Source of the DNA: an uncultured Actinomycetota bacterium
GTDB taxonomy: Bacteria > Actinomycetota > Actinomycetes > CAVWCF01
Reading direction: 5' to 3'
Length of the DNA stretch: 64,000 bases
NCBI GenBank assembly: GCA_963753435.1
Contig: CAVWCF010000001.1
Coordinates: 640,001 to 704,000 of the forward strand
Both the position numbers and the translations under genes were made by a program. Numbering within the stretch: position 1 is the stretch's first letter; every line of letters starts with the position of its first letter. Shown here one piece after another: positions 58,376-64,000 of this stretch. The notes beneath the pieces are model-generated. The model was not told the DNA's origin. It saw nothing but the letters and a program-made list of their open reading frames with translations, and searched no databases.

Positions 58376-59668
58376 GTGCCCAAGCCGCAGTCACGATCCG
58401 TCGTCGTTTTGGGGCTGGCCGGACTTCTCGGAATCCCCGTTGCCTTGGCCTCCATTGCGTATCTGTGGGTGGTCCACGAGGTCCAGCACGTCCTCTTCGA
58501 GGCGCTGCCAACCGAACTCGGTATTGGCGGGCTGCCGTGGTGGTACCTGCTGCTCGTTTTGGCCATCGGCGGCGCGGCAACCGGGTTGGCGGTAACCCGA
58601 CTGCGCGGTAACGGCGGGCACCGGCCACTGGGCGGACTCGGCGGCGAGCCGGTTGCACCCAACGCGCTACTCGGCGTGCTCGCCGCGGCAGTAGCGTCCC
58701 TCGGCTTCGGCGCAGTTCTGGGTCCGGAGGCCCCGCTGCTGGCGATGGGTACCGCGCTCGGACTCGCGCTGGCCCGACTGGGCGGCTCATCCGGGGACGA
58801 GTTGTCGGTGGTGGCGGCGGCAGGCGCCTTTGGTGCCCTGAGCGCACTGCTGGGCGGTCCACTGATCGCGGCCATCCTGGTGCTGGAGTTGGCCGTCGTC
58901 ACCGCCCGCCCACTCGTCGCCATCGTTCCGGGCCTCTTCTCCGCCGGGGTCGGATACTTGGTCTTCGCCCAAACCAACGAGTGGGCCGGGGCGCCCGTGC
59001 CGTCGTTCTCCCTTGGCCTGCAACCGGTTGATGAGGTCCAACTCATCGATCTGGCCATCGGAGCCGTCGGGGTGCTGGCGATCGCCATCCTGATCCGTGC
59101 GGTGCTGGCGGGTGCGCGCTCGATCGAGTCCGGCGCCAGTCGACTTGCCAAGCCGGTTCTCACCACGGCCGCGGCCGGCGTCGGGGTCGCCGCTGCCGCA
59201 GTCGTGTTCCGTTGGATCACCGGGGAGTCCGTCGACTTGGTCCTGTTCTCCGGTCAGGAGTCGGCCGGAACGGTGCTCACCGACGGGACGCAGTGGAGTG
59301 CAGCGGTGCTGCTGGCGGTCATCACGGCCAAGGCAGCGGCGTATGCCCTCAGTCTTGGTGGCGGTTTCCGGGGCGGGCTGATCTTCCCAGCCATCTTCCT
59401 TGGCAGCGCGCTGGCGGCGCTCCTGGCGAACCTGCCCGGGGGCGCTAGCGCCCCCGCTCTGGCGACCATCGCGATCGCGGCCAGCGTCGCGGCGATCCTG
59501 CGACTGCCATTCACCGCTGCCGCGATCAGCGTGCTGCTGGTCGGAGCCAGCCCCGAAGCAATGGTCCTGGCCAGCATCGGTGCGGTTCTCGGTCTCTTGG
59601 GTGAGATGGCACTGGACCAGCGCACCCGCGAGGCCGAGGAACGGCTTGGCGCAGGTGCACCGCAGTAA
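58376..59668 (+). CDS. ClC/EriC-like chloride channel family protein
   Basis: LGPEAP and GFRGGLIFP motifs; many TM helices. Confidence 0.85.
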   Translation: MPKPQSRSVVVLGLAGLLGIPVALASIAYLWVVHEVQHVLFEALPTELGIGGLPWWYLLLVLAIGGAATGLAVTRLRGNGGHRPLGGLGGEPVAPNALLGVLAAAVASLGFGAVLGPEAPLLAMGTALGLALARLGGSSGDELSVVAAAGAFGALSALLGGPLIAAILVLELAVVTARPLVAIVPGLFSAGVGYLVFAQTNEWAGAPVPSFSLGLQPVDEVQLIDLAIGAVGVLAIAILIRAVLAGARSIESGASRLAKPVLTTAAAGVGVAAAAVVFRWITGESVDLVLFSGQESAGTVLTDGTQWSAAVLLAVITAKAAAYALSLGGGFRGGLIFPAIFLGSALAALLANLPGGASAPALATIAIAASVAAILRLPFTAAAISVLLVGASPEAMVLASIGAVLGLLGEMALDQRTREAEERLGAGAPQ

Positions 59669-60592
59669 TCAGTTCGGCCGCACCCCGGTAACGGATACGT
59701 TGTAGAAAGCCGCGGCCGGAACGACCCGTTCGAAGACGTTTCGGTCCACCCAGGACAGCGAGGTCCACGACCGATAGGCGGCCATCCGCCACCGGTCACC
59801 GAGGCGGTCGGGGTTCACCGCCGCCTCCACGGTCCGGATCGGCCAACCCAGCCAGGCCGCCGTCAACTCATCGGTCACCGTTTGCACATCAACCGCCCCG
59901 GATCGCAAGGCGGTTCGGGCCAACTCCGCCGGATCAAACGTGTGCTGGTCCACGACCGCTTCCAGCGCCGCAGCCGCGCTCGACTCGCGCAACTCGTCCA
60001 TCGGACGCGCCCACCGACGCAGGCCTGGTCGCTGCGTCAGCCAGGTGCTCGCCGCCCATGTTGCCGACGAGAGTCGCCGGGCGACAGCGTTGCCGATGCG
60101 CGTGGGCTCACCGGCGAAGACGAACCGACCACCCGGCCGAAGCACTCGCAGAACTTCGCCGAATGCGGAATCGAGGTCGGGTATGTGGTGCAGCACTGCG
60201 TGCCCGACAACCAGGTCGAAGGCCCGGTCGGGCAGCGGCAACGACTCAGCGTCCGCGATTGAACCGCCAACGGAGAACCCCAGAGTCGCGGCGTTGCGCT
60301 GCGCCGCGGCGACCATGCCCGGCGAAAGGTCAGTGACCGTTCCGGACTCAATGACTCCGGCTGCCATGAGGTTGAGCATGAAGAAGCCGGTACCCGCACC
60401 GATCTCGAGCGCGTTCGCATAGGGCTGGCCGTCCCATTCGGTCGCATGCCGGAAGCGGTCCAGTACGTACGACTGACAGCGCTCGTCGAAGTCGATGGAC
60501 CATTTGGCGTCGTAGGTGTCGGCCTCATAGTCGTGGTAGAGCACGTTGGCCAATTTCGGGTCCGTTCGGGCGGCCTCCCAGTCGATGCTCAT
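59669..60592 (-). CDS. Class I SAM-dependent methyltransferase (Rv3038c-like)
   Basis: LYHDYEA..YD.KWSI, LEIGAGTG and GHAVLHHIPD motifs. Confidence 0.88.
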   Translation of the reverse strand: MSIDWEAARTDPKLANVLYHDYEADTYDAKWSIDFDERCQSYVLDRFRHATEWDGQPYANALEIGAGTGFFMLNLMAAGVIESGTVTDLSPGMVAAAQRNAATLGFSVGGSIADAESLPLPDRAFDLVVGHAVLHHIPDLDSAFGEVLRVLRPGGRFVFAGEPTRIGNAVARRLSSATWAASTWLTQRPGLRRWARPMDELRESSAAAALEAVVDQHTFDPAELARTALRSGAVDVQTVTDELTAAWLGWPIRTVEAAVNPDRLGDRWRMAAYRSWTSLSWVDRNVFERVVPAAAFYNVSVTGVRPN

Positions 60593-61368
60593 CTGCCGGA
60601 GAACCGAGCCCGACCCGGCCCTTCGGTCACGAACGACGTCATTCCCGCAGCCTGGTCCGCAGTGGCGAACAGAGCCGCGAACTGAATTCGCTCCAACTCC
60701 AGACCAGCCGGCAGGTCAAGTCCGAGCCCGGAGTCGATGGCCTCCTTGGCTGCGCGCAGGGCATACGCCGGACCCGAAACGAACTGCTCGGCCCAGGCCC
60801 TCGCCGCGGCGTAGACCTCGGCAGCAGGCACGGTCCGGTCCACCAATCCGATGCTCAGTGCTTCCTCCGCCGCAACGAAACGGCCCGTGAAGATCAGGTC
60901 CTTCGCGCGTGACGGTCCGATCAGCCGTGGCAACCGTTGGGTGCCACCGGCCCCGGGAATGATCCCCAACGTGATCTCCGGCTGACCCAGCGTGGCGTCC
61001 TCCGCCGCAATACGGAAGTCGCACGCAAGAGCCAACTCACAGCCGCCGCCAAGTGCATAGCCGTTGATCGCCGCGACCGTGGGCTTGGGCAGCTCCGCAA
61101 GCACGTTGAGGCACTCCTGCAACCGCTTGGAACGGTCGACCGCATCGGTGTAGGACCAGCCGGCCATCTGCTTGACATCGGCACCGGCGGCGAACACTCG
61201 CTCCCCGCCGTAGACGACTACTGCGCGTACGTCGGACCGGTCGCCCGCCGCCGCGGCCGCTTCGGCAATCTCGTCCTGCATCTGCGCGTCGAGGGCGTTC
61301 ATCTTTGGCCGGTCCAGCCGGATGGTCGCAACACCGTTGTCAATCTCCAGGCGCACCCACTCGGCCAT
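60589..61368 (-). CDS. Enoyl-CoA hydratase/isomerase
   Basis: FAAGAD, ALGGGCELALACD and PEITLGIIPGAGGTQRL motifs. Confidence 0.93.
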   Translation of the reverse strand: MAEWVRLEIDNGVATIRLDRPKMNALDAQMQDEIAEAAAAAGDRSDVRAVVVYGGERVFAAGADVKQMAGWSYTDAVDRSKRLQECLNVLAELPKPTVAAINGYALGGGCELALACDFRIAAEDATLGQPEITLGIIPGAGGTQRLPRLIGPSRAKDLIFTGRFVAAEEALSIGLVDRTVPAAEVYAAARAWAEQFVSGPAYALRAAKEAIDSGLGLDLPAGLELERIQFAALFATADQAAGMTSFVTEGPGRARFSGR

Positions 61369-61435
61369 CAACGTCTCCATTCGTTTGGCACCGGCTGCGG
61401 TCACCCTAACCACGCACCTGGATAGGTTCCGCGAC

Positions 61436-63385
61436 ATGCGGGACCGCTTTGCGTTCTTGGACGCCCACCCGGAGTTGAACGGTGGGCGGTGGCCGGCTCG
61501 GGCCGTGCCCGACGAAGAAGTGCCGGTGGCGGTGACCCTCGCCTGCGACGGGCATGCGGTGATCCGGGCACAGGCGCAACTGCAGGGGCCGGACGGCACC
61601 GCGCAGGTGTCCGAGTTGGTTGAAGTCCACTCCGGCACCGACCGTTGGAGCGGCTCACTGACCCCCGCGACCACGGGTTCGCACCGAATCCAGTTCCGCG
61701 CCTGGATCGACCGCTACCTCACTTGGCGCAGGGCCGCGGAAGTGAAGGTGACCGCCGAAGTCGATGTGGAGTTGACGCTGTTGGCGGGCGCCGGACTCCT
61801 CCAGCAGGCCCTACGCACAGCAACGGATAGCGGCCGAACCGATGATGCCGCGTTGCTGCGGCAGGCCAACCAGGCCCTCGCCGATCCCGAGCTCAGCGCC
61901 GAGCAGCGGCTCTTGGCAGGCACGGACCCGGGAGTCGCTGCCGTCCTGCACCGGCACCCGCTCACCGAGGACCTGTGCACGTCTGTCCCGCTGCCGCTGC
62001 AGGTCGACCGCGACCGGGCACTCGTCGGCTCCTGGTACGAGTTCTTTCCGCGTTCGGAGGGTGCTGACGCCGACCGCTCGGGCACGTTCGCGACGGCCGC
62101 GCGCCGACTGCCGGGCATCGCGGCCATGGGCTTCGACGTGGTCTACCTGCCACCGGTCCATCCGATCGGCTTCAGCCAGCGAAAAGGTCGCCACGGAACC
62201 CTGCCCGCCGCCGCAGCCGACCCCGGATCTCCCTGGGCGGTGGGCTCGGTGGCCGGGGGCCACGACGCCATCCACCCAGACCTGGGCGGGACCGAGGAGT
62301 TCGCGGCCTTCATGGCGGCCGCAGCTGAGCTGGGACTGGAAGTGGCGCTGGACCTGGCGCTACAGGCATCCCCGGACCATCCGTGGCTGCGCGCGCACCC
62401 GGAGTGGTTCGCCCGGCGACCGGACGGCTCGATCGCGCACGCCGAGAACCCCCCGAAGCAGTACGAGGACATCCATCCGTTGTCGTTCGCAACCGACCCG
62501 GACGGACTCACCGCCGAAGTCGTGCGGATCATCCGCTTCTGGATGCAGCACGGGGTCCGGATCTTCCGGGTGGACAACCCCCACACCAAGCCGCTTTGGT
62601 TCTGGGAGTCGGTGCTTTCGCAGATCCGCGACACCGACCCCGACGTGGTCTTCTTGTCCGAGGCGTTCACCCGTCCCACGATGCTGCAAACCCTGGCCAA
62701 GACCGGCTTCCACCAGTCCTACACCTACTTCACCTGGCGAACGGGTCGGGATGAACTGGCCGACTACCTGGACGAACTGTCCAACCGTACGGGCCACTTC
62801 CTGCGGCCGAACCTGTTCGTGAACACCCCGGACATCCTGCACGGATCACTGCAGACCGCAGGGCCGCCGATGTTCGCCATCAGGGCGATCATCGCCGCTA
62901 CCGCGTCGCCGTCCTGGGGCATGTACTCCGGCTACGAGTTGTTCGAGAACCAACCGGCGCAACCAGGCAGCGAGGAGTACTACGACTCCGAGAAGTACCG
63001 GTATCTGCCGCGGGACTGGGCCGGGGCGGCGGCGCGTGGCCGCACACTCGCCCCGCTGCTGACGCAACTGAACGCAATTCGGTCGCGACACATCGCATTG
63101 CAGCGACTGCGTGGACTACGCGTGCACCACGCCGAAGACGACCTCATGCTCGCGTACTCCCGGACGGCCAAGGGGCCGGCCGGACCGGACACTGTGCTGA
63201 CCGTCGTTTCCCTGGACCCCGATCGGCAGCGCAGCGGCGTGGTCCACGTCGACCCGGCCACCGTCGGCGGTCGCAACTGCTTCAAGGTGCAGGACGAACT
63301 CAGCGGTGAGACGTGGGACTGGGAGCCTGGCCAGGAAGTGACCTTGAATCCGGACCGACCCGCGGTAATCCTCAGCGTGTCCTGA
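61436..63385 (+). CDS. glgE: Alpha-1,4-glucan:maltose-1-phosphate maltosyltransferase
   Basis: SWYEFFPRS, AENPPK, FRVDNPHTKP, SEAFT and NTPDIL motifs; TAGGTT-N7-ATG start. Confidence 0.93.
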   Translation: MRDRFAFLDAHPELNGGRWPARAVPDEEVPVAVTLACDGHAVIRAQAQLQGPDGTAQVSELVEVHSGTDRWSGSLTPATTGSHRIQFRAWIDRYLTWRRAAEVKVTAEVDVELTLLAGAGLLQQALRTATDSGRTDDAALLRQANQALADPELSAEQRLLAGTDPGVAAVLHRHPLTEDLCTSVPLPLQVDRDRALVGSWYEFFPRSEGADADRSGTFATAARRLPGIAAMGFDVVYLPPVHPIGFSQRKGRHGTLPAAAADPGSPWAVGSVAGGHDAIHPDLGGTEEFAAFMAAAAELGLEVALDLALQASPDHPWLRAHPEWFARRPDGSIAHAENPPKQYEDIHPLSFATDPDGLTAEVVRIIRFWMQHGVRIFRVDNPHTKPLWFWESVLSQIRDTDPDVVFLSEAFTRPTMLQTLAKTGFHQSYTYFTWRTGRDELADYLDELSNRTGHFLRPNLFVNTPDILHGSLQTAGPPMFAIRAIIAATASPSWGMYSGYELFENQPAQPGSEEYYDSEKYRYLPRDWAGAAARGRTLAPLLTQLNAIRSRHIALQRLRGLRVHHAEDDLMLAYSRTAKGPAGPDTVLTVVSLDPDRQRSGVVHVDPATVGGRNCFKVQDELSGETWDWEPGQEVTLNPDRPAVILSVS

Positions 63386-63436
63386 AGTTACTCACGCGCC
63401 CTGATCTGGGCTGAACACCGGCCGGAAAGCGGGTGG

Positions 63437-64000
63437 TCAGAACAGCGCGTTGGCCAAGGCGGTGCGCGCCTTGCCGACTCGCGGATCCGTGTCCCCCACC
63501 ACGCCGAACAATTCGACAAGGCGTTCGCGGGCCTGGGCCCGCTCGGCTCCTTCGGCGTCGACGATCACGGCGATGAGTCGCGCAAAGGCCTCATCCACGC
63601 GGTCAAGGAGAAGTTCCGCGTCGGCCGCATCCAACTGCGACTTGATGTCACCCGGCGCTGCTGAGGACACCAGCGCCGCCAGGTCGGCGCCGCTGACGCG
63701 CTGCATCAGCTGCACGCGCGCGAGACCGATGGCGGCGTCCGCGTCGCCGGGACGTTCCGACAGCACGTTGCGATAGGCCTGCTCGGCACCAGCGAGGTCG
63801 CCACCGGCCAACGCCTCCTCGGCTGCGGCCAGCGACGGGTCAACCGGTGCCGCGCTGGCGTCGGCGGCAGCGGCTGGCGCCTGCCCACCGGTCGCCTGCA
63901 GCAACTCGTCGATGAATTGCCGCAACTGCGGCTCCGGCAGGGCCCCCATGAAGCCGGGGATGGGCTGACCCTGCCAAACCGCGTAAACGGTCGGGATGGA
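63437..64000 (-). CDS. Thioredoxin/TPR protein (YbbN/CnoX-like); 5' end lies outside the window
   Basis: SIPTVYAVWQGQPIPGFMGALPE, TPR helices, R..LANALF C-terminus. Confidence 0.85.
   Translation of the reverse strand, partial: SIPTVYAVWQGQPIPGFMGALPEPQLRQFIDELLQATGGQAPAAAADASAAPVDPSLAAAEEALAGGDLAGAEQAYRNVLSERPGDADAAIGLARVQLMQRVSGADLAALVSSAAPGDIKSQLDAADAELLLDRVDEAFARLIAVIVDAEGAERAQARERLVELFGVVGDTDPRVGKARTALANALF

Overview
A high-GC actinobacterial (Actinomycetota) chromosomal segment made mostly of conserved housekeeping genes on the minus strand. Order from the window start: amtB (partial), ftsY, smc, mutM, rnc, rpmF, yceD, sepIVA-like, coaD, rsmD, recG, DAK2, rpmB, thiL, Lrp, DUF3515, ddl, gpsA, acyltransferase, cofC, hup, leuD/leuC, IclR (NdgR-like), S8 protease with CWB2 repeats, tRNA-Glu/tRNA-Gln, gltX, FAH, SGNH, ilvE, leuB, serA, ilvC/N/B, ilvD, a small variable patch (2-hydroxyacid dehydrogenase, PQQ sugar dehydrogenase, DUF222-HNH, frameshifted arr, orphan, ankyrin lipoprotein), gatBAC, ligA, MetE-like, TRIC, mnmA, iscS, SGNH+MBOAT, etfAB, LbH acyltransferase, ClC-like, methyltransferase, enoyl-CoA hydratase, glgE and a partial thioredoxin/TPR gene. 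I found no CRISPR, integrase, transposase or rRNA. I cannot claim a clearly new multi-gene system. The best leads are: (1) a structured ~125-nt leader plus a small coiled-coil ORF directly upstream of smc; (2) an exact PafBC-type DNA-damage promoter on the DUF222-HNH gene, head-to-head with an arr gene broken by one extra base; (3) a ~39-aa helical insertion in the LigA adenylation domain; (4) thiL lacking any canonical start codon before its conserved N-terminal motif (ATC behind a strong SD); (5) an unannotated Val/Ile leader-peptide attenuator before ilvB. All family assignments come from motif recognition and recalled synteny; no searches were run.
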